DNA of 63,647 bases, counting the filler, from Folioceros fuciformis (Eukaryota), in NCBI GenBank assembly GCA_049999805.1. It is 4 parts of 4 records of this genome, joined end to end, with 100 filler letters (N's around TTAATTAATTAA, not from the genome) between each part and the next. Parts side by side here need not be neighbours in the genome. Positions count along the whole stretch, not along the records: positions 17,239 to 38,285 come from JBNGIO010005450.1; 3 more parts are not named here. One strand, written 5' to 3'. The position numbers and the translations under genes are program-made. Positions 23,451 to 37,463 of the stretch are shown piece after piece; within the stretch, counting starts at the first letter, position 1; every line of letters starts with the position of its first letter. The notes under the pieces are model-generated. The model had not been told where the DNA came from and ran no database searches. It saw only the letters and a program-made list of their open reading frames with translations.

Positions 23451-26400
23451 TCATAAGTCCGCTGGGGGCGGAGGAGGCGGGTCAGGTGGTGGCTCAGAAG
23501 GTAGCGGAGGGTACCCACGGGGAGAAACTGGTCCCTCTCCTTCCGTGTCCGAAGGATGAAGGTTACCTGACGAAGACAACGAGGCACCACAGCCAGCATT
23601 ATGAGCATGCGCCCCCGACAGGCGCGGTTCCTCCACGGGTGAAGTCCTTGAACTGCCAGATGGCAGGGACTTTTTAGCCCGAAACACTCCCCACAAAAAA
23701 GGATGGTCAAAACCTGTGGCCGCCAGCGATGTTGTATTAAAAACGTTTACGTCATACATGAAGGGGGAAAGGAGGACGGGAAAAACGAGTGCGGCCTTAC
23801 TTTGTTGTTGTTGAACTGGAAGCAGACGGGAGGGCAAGACAAAAAGGTCCGCGCCCTCTACCACAGCTCCCCTGAGCACTAGATCCCTTGCGTCCATGTG
23901 TTGAACGAGTTGGTTGTATCTACTTGCAGAGCTGCAATAACCAGAATTTTCCATACACTCTTGAGCAACAATTCAAAAGCATTGGACAAAAAAGGTCAAG
24001 AGGGTGACAAACAATACCTGGGCACTTTTGGGAAGAAATAGAAGGCGATCGAGTCATCCGATGGTTGCTGTTTCTGAAACTGTCTGGGCCAAGAATCTTT
24101 GTCGACAGCCCGTCGCACTTCTTCCAATTGAAGAACGTTCGGTAACCACGTGGCAACCTCACGAACTCGAGGAACAGCTTTGCTTGAAATATAAGCATCT
24201 ATGATTCCATATGACCGATCAGCTGCCCCCTTAACCAAAACTGCGAATCTGCCACTGAGAGAAAAAGCACAAACACATCTGTAAAGTGAGACATACCGGT
24301 ACTTGCCCATCAACTTGTTAAACGGAAGAGGCACATGATATTTACCTCCAAACAATATCACTTGGGCTAGCAGTTGTCTGACGCCCTTGAGCTCCAGCAT
24401 CCAATGGAGGTTGTGGAGGCTGTCGTCCAGGCCTTCGCAAATTCAACCTTCCACTCGAACAGTCTTCGGCTCCAGCATCCAATCGCTCGGCTTGCTGCCC
24501 AGGAATTTGCGTATTCAACCTTCCACTAGAGCTGTCTTCGGCTCCAGAATCCAATTGCTGTGGGTGCTGTCCAGGCCTTTGCAAACTCACTGCCCCACCA
24601 GAACTGTCTTCAGCCCCAACTTCCAATTGCTGACTGTGCTGCCGTAACCGTTGAAAGCCTAACCTCTGGAACCTCAAATGTTCGTCGTTGGCACCCTCCG
24701 TAGGCGATGGCAAAGCACTTACATTTGATGTAACCACTTTGGCCAAACTTGTTTCCCCCACGGAACTCAGTTTTGGCAAGGCATGCTGCGGGCTGGCTTT
24801 CTCAGACTCCATCACCATCGTCTGCCGAGGTTCTCGTAACCATGGACTTCTAGTCAGCTCCCCGGGACTGCTTCTTTGAGCTTCTTTTGCAGCGGAACTA
24901 AAAGCTTTCCATCGACTTAAGAGCTGATCAGGAGGTGCCTCATCCAAAGAAGCCTTTTTCTCCTCGGCAGTATCCTGCCCTACAGGCAAGCTTGATGATG
25001 TCGTAGATGGTAACTCTTTGGCTATTCCACCCACATTAGTCACTTCCAAGTGTTTTAGCAGATTCTCTGTCATACCACCCTTCGAGCTAGTAAGAGGTGC
25101 TGTAACTTGAATTGATCCGAACTGTACATTGGCACCTGCAACGTCCTCATAATCAAAGTCTGTGCTCTCTGCCTTCACATTTAAGTCAAGCCAATCTCGC
25201 TTTCTCCCTCCTTGGGCTCCTGTCACATTGCCTGAGTTTGTTACAGGTGTGCTGTCGGCTTGCAATTTCTTCCCTTTATCTTCTTCCAGCTTGACTATAC
25301 TATTGTCTGTTGGACTTGGCTTGGCTTGGCTAGGCAGGTCCAGTGGTTTGGCTTGGCTTCCATAATTTGCTACTCCTTTAACAAGAGAGCAACTGGATGC
25401 CAACCCACCATTTGTGGATTCCGACTGCGGTTTCACTTGCGCACCCCGCCCCTTGCAATCCTGATCATCAGCCGGAAGGGCAAGTTCTGCTTCAGCCTGT
25501 TCAGGGATGCTGGCAACGCTCTCCTCAGGGAAGTTCAAATCAATTGAACCAGTCAAATTCATCGTATTTTTGCAAAGTGGAACAGTCCCTACAGAATATC
25601 AAAACTTAAAAGATGAGCGCTCTTGAGAACAGAGATTCAAGCATGGTAAACCACATGCTACAGTACACAACATATCATTCCCAACAGTCGCAGAAAAGAA
25701 TCCGTTCTGCTAACAACAACTCTCATGAAAACTTCTTCTAACATTACAGCTGCACGTCAACAACGTATGATTGAAGGATGTCCCAAGCAAACGGATACGA
25801 GATGGCATCTACATAACCAGACCATACAAGATACGACCGCTCACACATATCTCAGGCTGCCCATCGCCCAGCAAAATAAACCACCAAGTTGTGAGGGCCT
25901 ACCTGGAGGCTGAAGAGCGTGAGGGTGAGAACTGGTTGATGCATCCATGTCTTGCCTTGGTCTGTGGTTGTCAGGAGCACAGCTCTGTGGAGCAACTGCT
26001 GATATGTGTCCACTGGCCGCATTTCTGGCTTCACCGTTGGGAATCCTGTCCTGATGCTTCCTCACGAAAGTAACAGCTCCTTGTTCATGCTTCTCCATGG
26101 TTGAGGTGGTGGAAGGGTTAGAGCTGTATCCAAGCTTTTGGTCAGCGATCTCCTTCCGAGTAGAGAGTTCAGACACCGACCTTAACATCTTCTTGGCCAC
26201 CTTTTCAGCAGGCTGGTTGGCTCCATTCAACGGGACCAGCAGCTGAGAATTGTCTGCCCTTGCTTTCTGCTCTACAGTAGACTGGGTGAGAGACCTACTC
26301 GAGACTCCCTTCACAAGTTTAGCAGACGCGATGGCAGAAGACACATCAGTTGCTGCCCGTACATGCCCTCCAGGTGCAAGGCGAGATGATGGTTGAGAAT

Positions 26401-28106
26401 GTCCAACTCCCCTGCTCCCTTCCTTACTTCTGCTTACGCTTTTATCGCCCTTCCACTGCATATCAACTTTGGTAGGCAAGAGAAACGACGGCATACCTTC
26501 ACCTGCTGACTTCATGCTTCCGACAGCCTTGATTCCAGAGGAAGCTTGTTGACTAGGAGAGGATAGGTTCGAAGTGGAGCGGATGACTCCGGCCATGCCA
26601 TCTGGTTTGGCAGATCTACTGCTTTCACCGTCATTTGAAGCACTAGGCCCAGATAAATCTCCCACTCTATGAGAGGACTGTCTTAGAGTCGATCTGGGAG
26701 ATGGTACCACAGGAGCATCGTGTCCACCGGACTTCACACCACTTCGAGCCCCAGAAGTGATTCCACCAGCCATCCCAACAGAAACAAGAGGGGTAATAAA
26801 CTTAACCTTCGACTCTATAGACTTCGAAGAGGTTTCCCGTTGCAAGGTTCGAACATGAAAACCGCCAGGGACCGGAGAAGAACTACTCCCTACAGCAGCT
26901 CTTTTGGTGGCAGGGCCTGCTGGTATTTCATCCATTGGTCTTTTCAACTGGCCATCCAGACTTGGAACATGTGGACTAACAGGAGAGCGAAAGTCATCCA
27001 CCGACCTCTTGGTAGACCCTGGAGTGCTCTCACCCCCGAGTTTCTTAGCTGACCCCTGCCATTCATCAACACCTTTCAAATTGGTGCTAGCGGAGGTTCC
27101 TTCAACAGCAGATCGCTTGTAAGGAGGGCCACTGCTTGCTTCTTCTATTGGCCGCTTTGTAGGTAACGCTTGAGTTCCTGGAACTCCTTTCACTGCTCTT
27201 CTTCCAAATGTTTTCTTTTCCAGCCTTGCTCCGATGCGTGAGCGCACATTTCCAATGCCACTAACTTTCTTGCCAGTGACCGTTGATGGGGGTCGCATGC
27301 CAATGTTCACAGCAGACAGTGCAGCTGGCTGTTCAGTCTGCTGCAGAGGGTTCTCCCTTTGACCTGTCTTGCAAGCTTCACAAATCCAGGCTTCAGGAAC
27401 TTCATCCAGGCGTTTTTGCATGCAATACCTGTTAGAAAGAGGACATAAATGATGTTAGCCACTCTGCTGAATCCACCAGAATACACCTTGTTGCAGTTGG
27501 AAATAAGAGTAGATTTAAGCCCGGGCTGCACATTTTCCACCAAAATCGGAACTACTGGAGCACGCAGCCAGTATCCCATATGCTGTGACTTCTGGGACAG
27601 TTATCAAATTCAATCTGAAGAGGAGAACTGATGTAGAATACAGTCAGACATGCCTAGCACTTGAAAAGATCTGGAAAAAACTTATGTGAATAAGGACAAA
27701 CAGGTCACTTGTAATCGATCCCAGAACATCTACACAAACGTGACAATCAGCACTGAGCAATAGGGCAACTCGTAACAAAGTCACGGACGACCTCTTTTCA
27801 AAGGAGGAACAAGAGGTATGAGATACTCACACATGCTCAGCACCCTCTCCACATATCGTGCAAACTGCCATGAGCTTCTCATAGCCAGCATCACCACAGA
27901 TGTCACAGACTTGTCCCTGCACCAGGATTTGCGAGAGTTAAGCAGGGCAGGGCTAATTGTTCTTAAAAAAGAATCGCATGCCCACAGAAAATGGACAGGC
28001 CACGAAAGGGCAAACGTGTACTGGAGATGAACATCATAACAACAGATGAAGTCCTACAGAAAGCAACACTAACGTCAAAGACTTCTGGTTCATTGGCCGC
28101 ATCCAT
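23451..28106 (-). CDS. PHD-finger protein with C-terminal SPOC-like domain (AIPP2/PAIPP2-like), multi-exon
   Basis: Spliced PHD VCDICGDAG...CTIC...AEHVYCM...WICEAC, long low-complexity exons, then the SPOC-like motifs AYISSKAVPRV, WPRQF...PSDDSIAFYFFP and FLWGVF. Confidence 0.87.
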
Positions 28107-30083
28107 TTTGGTGGCGTCCTCTGCCCGTGAGCCCTGATTGTGTCAATCGATGTAGCTGGGATTCGACTCCTTCAGGGTGAAGGATGATAGGGAGTTCAGG
28201 AGCAACACCAAAGCTGCTCCACCTGTCATTTACTTGCGCCGGACGTTACATGCCCGCCCAAGGAAAAGTAGCGAAAATGGAGCCAAGGTAGGGTGGAAGA
28301 ATGGGCGCTCCGCACCAGGACCACCTTGTCACATGCACCTGCTACCTCAGTAGCCACCACCTCAGCAGCAGGCAGCATCCTCAATCGGGTGTCTAGTGTT
28401 TGGTGAAACCCCGAGTGTGACCCAGTTGTTGGTGCGCCAGCAGGGCAGGGCAGGGCAGAGCAGGGCACTGCAGACGCTGTCGAAATACTCTGTCCTTGTA
28501 GCCTAGCCTGAGTTAAGCCAGAGACGGGCTCATAAGCACACCATCGATCGATCACAAAAGCATATCCCGTACGTTAATTACGCATTTCTTGGTCCAGCCA
28601 TCTCAAATACCATGTACCGGCACCTCGCGCTTCATGAAAGCTTCCAATTAACAATAACCTGGCATCCCCCGAGCAACGCAACGCAACGCACCCGCGGGAC
28701 CTGGTGACGCTGCGTGCATTTCCTCGCTCACAGCGTGTAGGCCAGGCGGGTTGAGCCTGCCGTGCCCTGCACTCCAAATTCCTCTTGGCAGTTCCGTGTC
28801 ACACCACGAACCTGTACGGGAGAAACGTCAAATGCCTCTGCAGAGCAAAGGCAGCTCAATTTCCGTCGTCCCGGCCGCACATTGCAAGCGCAAGAGCGAG
28901 CAGCCGGGCCCGTAACATCGTGAAACAAATTTGCCAGTTGCGGACTCCGGCAAGCTGTGCAACTCTCGTCACGCACTCCGCTTCACGAGGTCAGTCGCCT
29001 TCCAGAAAGGGCCGGTGGCCATTTTCCGACACCCAGCCGCCGTGATAGAAGTGGACGCCAGTTCCGATGGCAGCACGGCGCGTGCAGCCTGATGTCATGG
29101 CGCAGCATCAAGCAGCCGCACGGGGTGATCGGCAACGCTCTTCGGCAAGACGCGGTCTCCGGGACAAGTGCGTTCCCGGTTCCCGCAACATATGTATGGG
29201 TTCTAAGTCTACCCCAATGGACACCATATAAATAGTGCACTGAATCTTCCCTTGCCTTCCCTGCCCTGCCCTGCCCTGCCCTTCCCGTCAGTGCAAAGTT
29301 GGGCTCGGCCGTGGCAGCCACATTCACCAATTTTTTTACCCCTTTGGGATCTATTTAACTATGTATTGCCGCAGGGCCCACGCCTCGCCTCGTCTCCACA
29401 CAATCACATGCTCATGCGTCAGTCTCCATACAGCACTGCCTCATTATTTTGTCTCTCCTCTTCTTAAAATTTTCAAATTTAATAATAATATAATAGTCCT
29501 TAACAAACCACCACCTTTTCTTTCCAGTTGGAAATGGAATGGAAATTTGAACGCCTTCACTCTTTTCACTCTGCCTTTCAAAACTACACTAAACTAAACT
29601 AAACCTCGGTAATCATTTGTTATATTATTTTCTCTCTCTTGTGTGCCATCTACAGGCTGGTATTCTCTCCCTACTCTGCTTTGCGGGTTCCTTGGACGTG
29701 CCGTGGCGATGTGAGTTCCAAGTGTGTGACAACCCGCTAAACATCTGTTAAACCACATTCCAACTTCCCTAACGCGTTTCATGCTAATCTGGTCGAAAGT
29801 CAGTTGTGGACAGTCAACAAACTTTGTCCCAAAAGCAATGGATGCAGACACCTGCGGGACAAAAAAGCAAATGGAAGCCACAACAACCCCACCCCTTGCT
29901 TTCCTTGCCCGAGCATCATGGACCTCGGCTACAACCCCGATCCTCCGATCACAGCTTCTTCCTCTTCCTCTTCGTCTCCCTACTTTAGAGCGTGCAATGT
30001 GGATCTGATGGCTTGCTCCCTCCTGCTAGCCAAGGTTTGTAGGAAGAAGAATGCTCCTATCTACGTCGTTTGATGAGGTATGT

Positions 30084-30143
30084 GAGGAGAGGAGAGGAGA
30101 GGAGGGGAGAGGAGAGGAGAGGAGGGGAGAGGAGAGGAGAGGG
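30084..30143. repeat. (GAGAG)n microsatellite
   Basis: Read directly from the sequence. Confidence 0.9.
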
Positions 30144-30572
30144 GCACCGTGTTGTGTGGTTTCTGGATGAATGAACGCCCTCTCCCTAATCCAAAAGCCA
30201 AGGCTTTCCAACAGCGGGGAACACGAATGTCATGTACCGCATGTACCATGACAAAGGGTGGTCCACCAATGGCGTGAGGCGGCTCTGCCTGCCTCCCTCA
30301 TCACTCTAGTAGATAATGCATTTCTGAATCATCGTTGTCTAATTCGCCCATGGACCTGTCGTTTCCACCAAAGCGTGGAGAGCACCTGGTTGCCTCCCAT
30401 AGGTTAGCGTGTTCCATGGTTCTCACGCAAAAGTGGAGCCATTCAGTGGATCGAAGCTCGGCGGTTGTGGGGAGGTTTGGCTGGTCCTCCAAAGGTGCTG
30501 CAGCTCGCGGCCACGGCTTGGTTCGATCCTCGGAGTAACGTCGTGGGGTGATCGGATCCGGTGCTCACTCTG

Positions 30573-32348
30573 ATGCCCGTTGGGCTTCAGCCCAGCCCTC
30601 AATCGGCGGGGGTGGGAGGTGGGTGCCTCCGCGCAGCCGACTCCCTGGGATGGCCGCTCCACGTGCTGCGCAACTCTCGTGCGTACGCCTGCTCCAGGTC
30701 GAAAAGGCAAGAGACGGTTGCCTACGGTGTGGCCAACAGGGAGGCTCTCGAGATTGGTGGTTTGAAGGCTGCTGCAGGTGGGTGTGTCGTGCTGAGTGTG
30801 CTCCCTTGGTTCGTGCTCTTTAGCTGCTTGCCTATGGGCGGTCGCTGTGGCTATGTGACAAGAAGGAGCCCTTCAGCCTGTTCTTGCAGTTGGTGGGCGG
30901 ACATTGGGGGAGCTCTTGTTGGAAGGAAGCCAGTTTGCTTGGGAACGGGAGAAGTCTAAGGGGATGGTGATTCAGTTTCTGAAAGATAGAGGAGTCAGTA
31001 CCGTGACAGCTAGACAGACGGTGAACAGGTCTCCTGTGTTCCTGGGACACCTTCTCAGTCTGCTGTTCTGCAATTTCCAAAGCCAAATTCGAGCTGGTAA
31101 TGCCTGCTACCTTAAGCCATTGCCAGTGCCCGTGCCAGTGCAGTGGAACCTCCTGCTGCTGATAATGTGCACTCCAGTGCTTGTGGTGCTCAACTATGCC
31201 CGGTGGTTGTTGCAGGAAGAGAGTTGACAGCACACGAAATCACCAGCACCCTGCACCCTTATCTGGAAAGTCTGGCCTTGAAGTACAGAGAGGGCTTGGT
31301 GGATGTGTTTCTGAGCTTCCCAGACCCGCCCAGATCAAGGAAGGCATCGAATGGGACCCCTGTCTCCGGAAAAGATGCAAGCGACTTACGACATGAGTAC
31401 ATGAACTATCCTCACCTGCTGAGCAATATAGTGGATGGCGAGCTTCGGCCACCCCTCCTGTACCTGCTCAGTCTGGGCCTGACTGAAAGCCAGATGGAAA
31501 ATATTGTGAGAAGATTCCCTGCAATCGTAAGCTACAGTGTGAAGGGGAAGCTCAAGCCCATGGTTGACCTCATTCTGGCTATGGGAGTCCCTCCCTCAGA
31601 CATTCCCAAGGTGGTCGTCAAGAGGCCACAACTTCTAGGGTGCAGTGTGGCGGACAACATGAAACCGACCATGGCGTACCTGGAAAGCCTTGGGGTGGAG
31701 GCGGAACAGTGGCCCAAGATGCTGGTGAAGTTCCCCCACGTCGTCACCTTCAGCCAGAGTAAGCTGCAAGGTTTGGTAACCTTTCTGTCAGAGCTGGGTA
31801 TTGCGCCACCGTTGCTTGGTAGGCTGTTGAGCAGATTTCCATCTCTGACGGGGTACAGTGTGGAGGCGAAGCTGAGACCCATCACAGCCTACTTCCGTGA
31901 GCTGGGGATCACGGATGTAGGTGGCCTCGTTCTTCGTTCTCCACAAGTTTTGGGCCTAAGTCTGCAGGAGAACATCAAACCTACGGTAGACTTCCTCCTG
32001 AGTTTAGGTCTCACGGAACAGGACGTTGCAACAGTCCTTCCCAGGTTCCCGCAGCTGCTAGGTCTGAATGTTTCCAACAACTTGCGGCTCAAAGCAGAGT
32101 TCTTGGCCGAGGTTGGTAGGGACTCGTCGGAGGTGGTCGATTTCCCACAGTACTTCGGGTACAGCTTGACCAAAAGAATCAAACCTCGATTGGAAGCCGT
32201 CGCAGCAAGCGGGATACCGTGGACGTTGAACCGGACACTGACCACGGCGGACGGTGTCTTCAAGGCCACCATTGAGAAGGAAAAAAGGACTCTCTCCGCC
32301 AGGACTTGGTCTGTGCATCTGTTGCGAAATGGGCGTAGACCAGATTGA
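30573..32348 (+). CDS. mTERF family protein (organellar); 5' exons approximate, main exon about 31216-32348
   Basis: Repeated mTERF units (RFPAIVSYSVKGKLKPMV, RPQLLGCSVADNMKPTMAYL, FPQYFGYSLTKRIKPR). Confidence 0.9.
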
Positions 32349-32589
32349 GTATCATCCTCTTCTCTCCCGCATTGCGGTCGAACATCATTCCACATGACGC
32401 GACACAGTTGAGGGCCTTGTCCCATCCGTTTCAGAGCCATTTTCCCATCGGTCTCCCGTGAAACACGTACCCTGTTCTGTTCCTCGGTTGTGCATTGATA
32501 AACTCTCTTTCGACCCATTCACTTCCTTTTGGTGCCCGCCATAGCTGACGACGTCGGCTTCTCCGTCGCCGCGGACGCCATTCTGCACC

Positions 32590-34155
32590 ATGGCAGCGTT
32601 GGGAGTGGCTCGATGTGTACAGATCTTTGTCCTGTCCGGATTGTTTTCCTTGGTCCTGTCAGATTCATCGGTACGTGTGAAGCATGGAGCTCGCTCCCCG
32701 CCCATTTTTGTGTTCGGTGCGTCCCTGGTGGACATGGGGCAGAATGCGGCAGCATTACCCTTTCATTCGTACTCCGAGTTCCCGCCGTACGGAATGGACT
32801 TTTTCGGCAAACCAGCCAAGCGCTTCAGCAACGGCAGACTTTTCGTGGATTTCATCTGTGAGTCCTCTAACCCTGTGTTGGTCATGGCAAGGTTACAGCC
32901 AAGATAGGACGCATCCACTTGCTAAGAGTAGCGATGGCATACAGCTGAGGCTCTGGGTCAGGAGTATCTGCATCCATATCTGTCCCTCCAAACAGGGGTA
33001 TATGAGCAAGGAGTAAATTTTGCTTCCTCTGGATCAACTGCCACTAACAGTACCCTATCGGGCGCAAGGATCTTCAATGGCTTGTTCGAGTACACAAGCA
33101 ACGGCATATTCTCCTTGCTTGTTCAAGTGGATCAGTTCCGGATCTTCAAAAGCGCAGTGGAGGAAGCCAATGCAGAAGGTTGGCCGGCCCGGGTCGTAAG
33201 ATGTGCGTCACAGTTATGATTCTTCCTTGGTGTGACCCAGTGTTTGAAGGCAACACACACTTCGTCTTGTAGGACGCAAAACTCCCCTATCGAACGATGA
33301 CTTCTCCAAAGCTGTTTACATCTTGGAGACAGCAAACAACGACTATCTAGCCTACGGTTACCAGTCACAAGACTTATATGCTAACGACCTAGTTACTTCA
33401 GTTCTGCAGAGTATGGAGCAGTCTCTCAAGGTACTCCTTTTTCCTCGGACTTTGCACCAAGTTCTTATTCTCTGACCTCAACCTACTTCTCTCACATTAT
33501 GTGAGTCATCAGCCTTGCAAATGTTGTCACAGGTGTTGTACGAGGAAGGAGCTCGGAAAGTCATAGTTCTCAATCTTCTCCCGCTTGGTTGCATGCCAAT
33601 AGTCTTGGGAAAGAATCTAGGCACGGGGGATGCCCTGGATCATGATGGTTGTGTAAGCAAGTTTAATGAGCTTTCTGCTCTACACAACAAGAACTTGGAG
33701 CCACTGATAGCTAGGCTGAACAGCGAGCTTGCAGAGCCAGGTTTCTTCGTCTTCGACATCTACCGGATCTTCATGGATGCCATCACAAATCCTTCTGCAC
33801 ACGGTACAGTCACGTGTGTCCAGACTCTAACCTCAGATGCTGGTGCTCGGTTTGCTAGCTCATGGCTGTTTCGCTGTTATCAGGTTTGCAACATGTGCTC
33901 ATCAGTTGCTGCGGTTATGGAGGGGAACCGTACAATTACAGTGATGAGGTGCATTGTGGTGGCTTCGGCTACGTCGACGGTGTGCTGAGAAGCGCTTCCA
34001 CTTGTGAGGATCCTTCAACCTACTTGTTCTGGGATTCCTTCCATCCGACAGAAACCTTCAACAGGCGAATTGCTGATGCTTTTTTGAGCGGAGATTATAT
34101 GCAGCCCAGACTTGTCATTAGAGGAAATACGTGTGAAGGGGATCGCATTCAGTAG
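32590..34155 (+). CDS. GDSL (SGNH) esterase/lipase, 5 exons
   Basis: Signal peptide, FVFGASLVDMG, PPYG...RFSNGRL, GVNFASSG, GARKVIVLNLLPLGC, CCGYGG and LFWDSFHPTE. Confidence 0.92.
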
Positions 34156-34724
34156 TTGAAATGGTTTCAATTGAGACAAGTCGTGTGCCAGCACCACGAA
34201 ACAATCCTTACGATTTGTGAGGCGATTCCCTCTGTTAAAAAAGTTCTGCAGACTAGTTTTCCTCATGAAGAGTAATGGAGACCTTGACGTGGTATCTAGA
34301 AGGCTATATTTGTACAGGAGACTCTGATGAAGAAAATGACAGAACACTCTCTCTAATCAGTTGACACGGCTATCTGAAAATCAAATCACGAGCACTCCAG
34401 GACCACCAGATGGAAGTGCACCATCAGGTAACTAGTCTACAAAACTGCTACCAGAGTCTAGCTTGCCCTCTTTAGAATGGAGGGGGGTACAGAATTCGGA
34501 AATAGAAGTTGCTACAAAGATGGAGTGGTCCGTGATGAAGGACCCTGCTGATGCATCCGCTATGGCCAGATATCAAACCTTCATCCTCGTTCGAATCTAA
34601 TACCGCCAGGTCCGAATCCTCCTGCTGCGAATCTGATATGGCCACGTCCTAATCCTTCACTCCTGCTTCAGCTTCAGTACCGGAAGTAGACCCAGAGCAT
34701 GCAATTCCCATTGCAACCTGGACC

Positions 34725-35525
34725 CTAATTATTGGCGAGGACAAGGAAACCTATAGAGATATATAAGAGAAGAACAGGAAAGACTGCCAGGGCTCTCCTG
34801 GCAGGAGGCACAGCTCCACTCACAAAGGGATAAGCTGCCCAAGAGCTCCACATCAGAGTGACCAGAACCGCGATGCCACGAAACAGCTTGGGCCAGTTGA
34901 ACATGCAGAACACAGCTCCAACGTCCAAGGGGAAAAGACAGTACCCCAGCACGCTGAGGCTCTGGAAAAATATGATGGTGCCCCCGAGCAGCTGGACATT
35001 CAATGTGAGTAAAATGGCGCCAGCAGAGAGCGTCGCAAACACCACGGCGAAAGTCTCGGACCTATTCTGGCTGGCGGAGGTGGACAAGACAAGAGCCAGG
35101 AGGATGATGAAGAAGAAAGGCCCCCACAGATCCCAGTCCCTCAAAGCCTTCCCCGGATCCTCGCGATACGGGTTGGGAAACACGACATTCAGCAAATTAT
35201 TCCACACCCGGAACAGATCTCTCTTGATGGTCTCCCACACGGGCTCCGTGAGCGTGTCGTAATCGTGGCCGCCACCAAACCCCTGTGCTGCGATCCCGGT
35301 CTCGGAGCTGGAGCTCCGAGATCCCGGAATCTGGGACGACAGCGAGGAGTAGAGCAGCGGAGCCGTGGACACCGGTACCGTGACCCGCGGCGGGCTGGAC
35401 GGCCTCGCGGGCTGCTCTGCCGGCGCCGGTGCGTCGCTCCTGGGAGGCGGCACCGTCAGGCTGAAGAGGCTCTCGATCTCGTCTATGTCCGACTGCGAGG
35501 TAGGCACCTTGGCGTAGGGATCCAT
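34725..35525 (-). CDS. Yip1-domain protein (YIP4/YIPF6-like), intronless, 266 aa
   Basis: [47 protein letters not shown] and [15 protein letters not shown]. Confidence 0.93.
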   Translation of the reverse strand: MDPYAKVPTSQSDIDEIESLFSLTVPPPRSDAPAPAEQPARPSSPPRVTVPVSTAPLLYSSLSSQIPGSRSSSSETGIAAQGFGGGHDYDTLTEPVWETIKRDLFRVWNNLLNVVFPNPYREDPGKALRDWDLWGPFFFIILLALVLSTSASQNRSETFAVVFATLSAGAILLTLNVQLLGGTIIFFQSLSVLGYCLFPLDVGAVFCMFNWPKLFRGIAVLVTLMWSSWAAYPFVSGAVPPARRALAVFPVLLLYISIGFLVLANN

Positions 35526-36303
35526 CTCCGCTGGACTGCACACTGCGCGAGAAAAAACGCACACTCCCACGCCACCCGCTAAACCCTGCCTGCTCTGTTC
35601 CCGCAACAGCTGCAGCAGACCAGAGCAAGGGCAAGGGCAAGGGCAAGGGCAAGGGCAGGGCAAGGCAAGGCAATGCACGGCAAGCAGATCTCAACACTCC
35701 TCCCTTCCCCGCCTGTTCAGCAGCAGCCGCAGCCCGCACTGCAACATCTCGGGTGCAACAAACGCCCGGTCGTGACGAAGCTACGGAGCCCTATCCCAGA
35801 GCTCCATCACTCCCCGCTCAGCATGTTTCACGCCTCGCTCTCTCGCATGCCCGGGGTTTGCCAAGAGGCGACACGGCATTCCTAGGTGGGCATTCTCCAC
35901 TCAGTGTAACGCGCAAGCCTAGCCTTGAGGGTCTTACCTCTTACACATTTTACCCTTTACCTTTCCACCGTATTTTATTACATAATTACTACTCCGAATG
36001 GGTAACAGGTCCGTACGGGCCCTTTTTTTCTTTACAAATTTATAAATATTTTGCCTAATATATATCAGCACCATAATACATGTACATAAAATAAACTTGT
36101 ATGTAAACTTACTGAGATTCTTTCCGATTTTCCAAAATTCTCCGGTGAGTATGTTGTTTCCGTGGAATTCGAGACCAGCATATATACTCACATAAATTAT
36201 TGGAGACATTGAGCATGAAAATAAATTAGTAGGTATATGGAAATTAGGGTATGCCTTCCCGGAACGGGCTGAAAGCAAAGAGGTATGTTATAGCTAGCTA
36301 GCT

Positions 36304-37047
36304 CTACATTCCGCCCGTACCTGGAGGAGATTTGGGCTTCCCGTCATCAGGCGATGTGTCGGGGGTTGAATTTGAGCCTACCGACTCCTCGGGCTCCGTG
36401 TCTGACAGCGGATCAAGGGGCTCCTCCCAGCTCGAATCATCGTCGTCCCTGATGGCGGCCAACGGTACGCCAACAATCTCTGGATCCCGGGCGATGGCTG
36501 CCCTGACGACCCTAGCCTTGTGCCTCGGCGGGCTGTGCTCCTCCGATTCGATGCTCCTCTCCAGGTCCGGATCATGATCTCTCGGCGTCCAATCCGTGGA
36601 ATTCACATGCTCCAAGATCATCCTCTTGAGCCTGAGCCGCTTCCCGTGCTGCACATCCTTGAGAGCCTCCATCATCCTCTTTCCCACCTCCGTATGGAAG
36701 CTTTGCGATCGGGAAGACCTGCCTCCGTGAAGATGCTTGGCCACCTCCTTCCCGCTGAAACTCACCTTCCCAAACCAGAATTCCACTACCTCCTTCTCTA
36801 CGTCTACATGCACGATGTCCTCTGGCTGGATGTCAGCCGTGGGAGGCACCGTGCGATCGGGCAACTGTGGCACGCCGCCCTTCCGCTCCAGCCTTTCAAG
36901 TTCATGCTTCGCTACAGCCAGGAGAGCCTCCATGCGGTAGTTCCCCCGGCCCTTAGGGTACATGGCTATCGTGGCTGGCACAAACACCAAGAGCATCCGC
37001 GGATGGATCCGAGCCAACCCCTGGTCCTGCGGCTTCACTGCTCGCAA
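36304..37047 (-). other. Unassigned 247-codon GC-rich ORF inside an AT-flanked, transposon-like segment
   Basis: Open frame with an acidic/Pro-rich tail; I recognise no family motif. Confidence 0.3.
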
Positions 37048-37226
37048 TTATCGCACCACTGTTGCCAACCCCTCCTTCAACCTACAAACCTCCTAACGGC
37101 ATTTCTCCCAGCTCGCTCCTCAGACTCGTCACTTCAAGGACGGCGAAAATAAGAAGGCTCTCGGTGCGCACTGCAAGCGGCATGCATGCAAACCTCCGTA
37201 TTAATTCAAGTCGCGGCGCCGTCCTG

Positions 37227-37463
37227 TTTGTTTGCCGAGCTCAGAAATCATGTCCCGACTGCAGACCTTGTTTGCCGAGCTCAGGAGTCATGTCCCGACT
37301 GCAGAGCTTGTTTGCCAAGCTCAGAAATCATGTCCCGACTGCAGAGCTTGTTTGCCGAGCTCAGAAATCATGCCCCGACTGCTGAGCTTGTTTACCAAGC
37401 TCAGAAAGCATGTCCCGACTGCAGACCTTGTTTGCCAAGCTCAGGAATCATGTCCCGACGGCA
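37227..37463. repeat. Tandem repeat, 40-bp unit x~6
   Basis: TTTGCCGAGCTCAGAAATCATGTCCCGACTGCAGACCTTG starts at 37231, 37271, 37311, 37351, 37391 and 37431. Confidence 0.95.

Noticed and set aside
35526-35678. Cys-Pro repeat N-terminal extension of the Yip1 ORF
   Set aside because: It comes from a (GGGCAA)n microsatellite upstream of the likely ATG at 35525.
37227-37463. Regularly spaced 40-bp repeats as a CRISPR array
   Set aside because: The units are contiguous with no unique spacers, there are no cas genes, and the context is eukaryotic.
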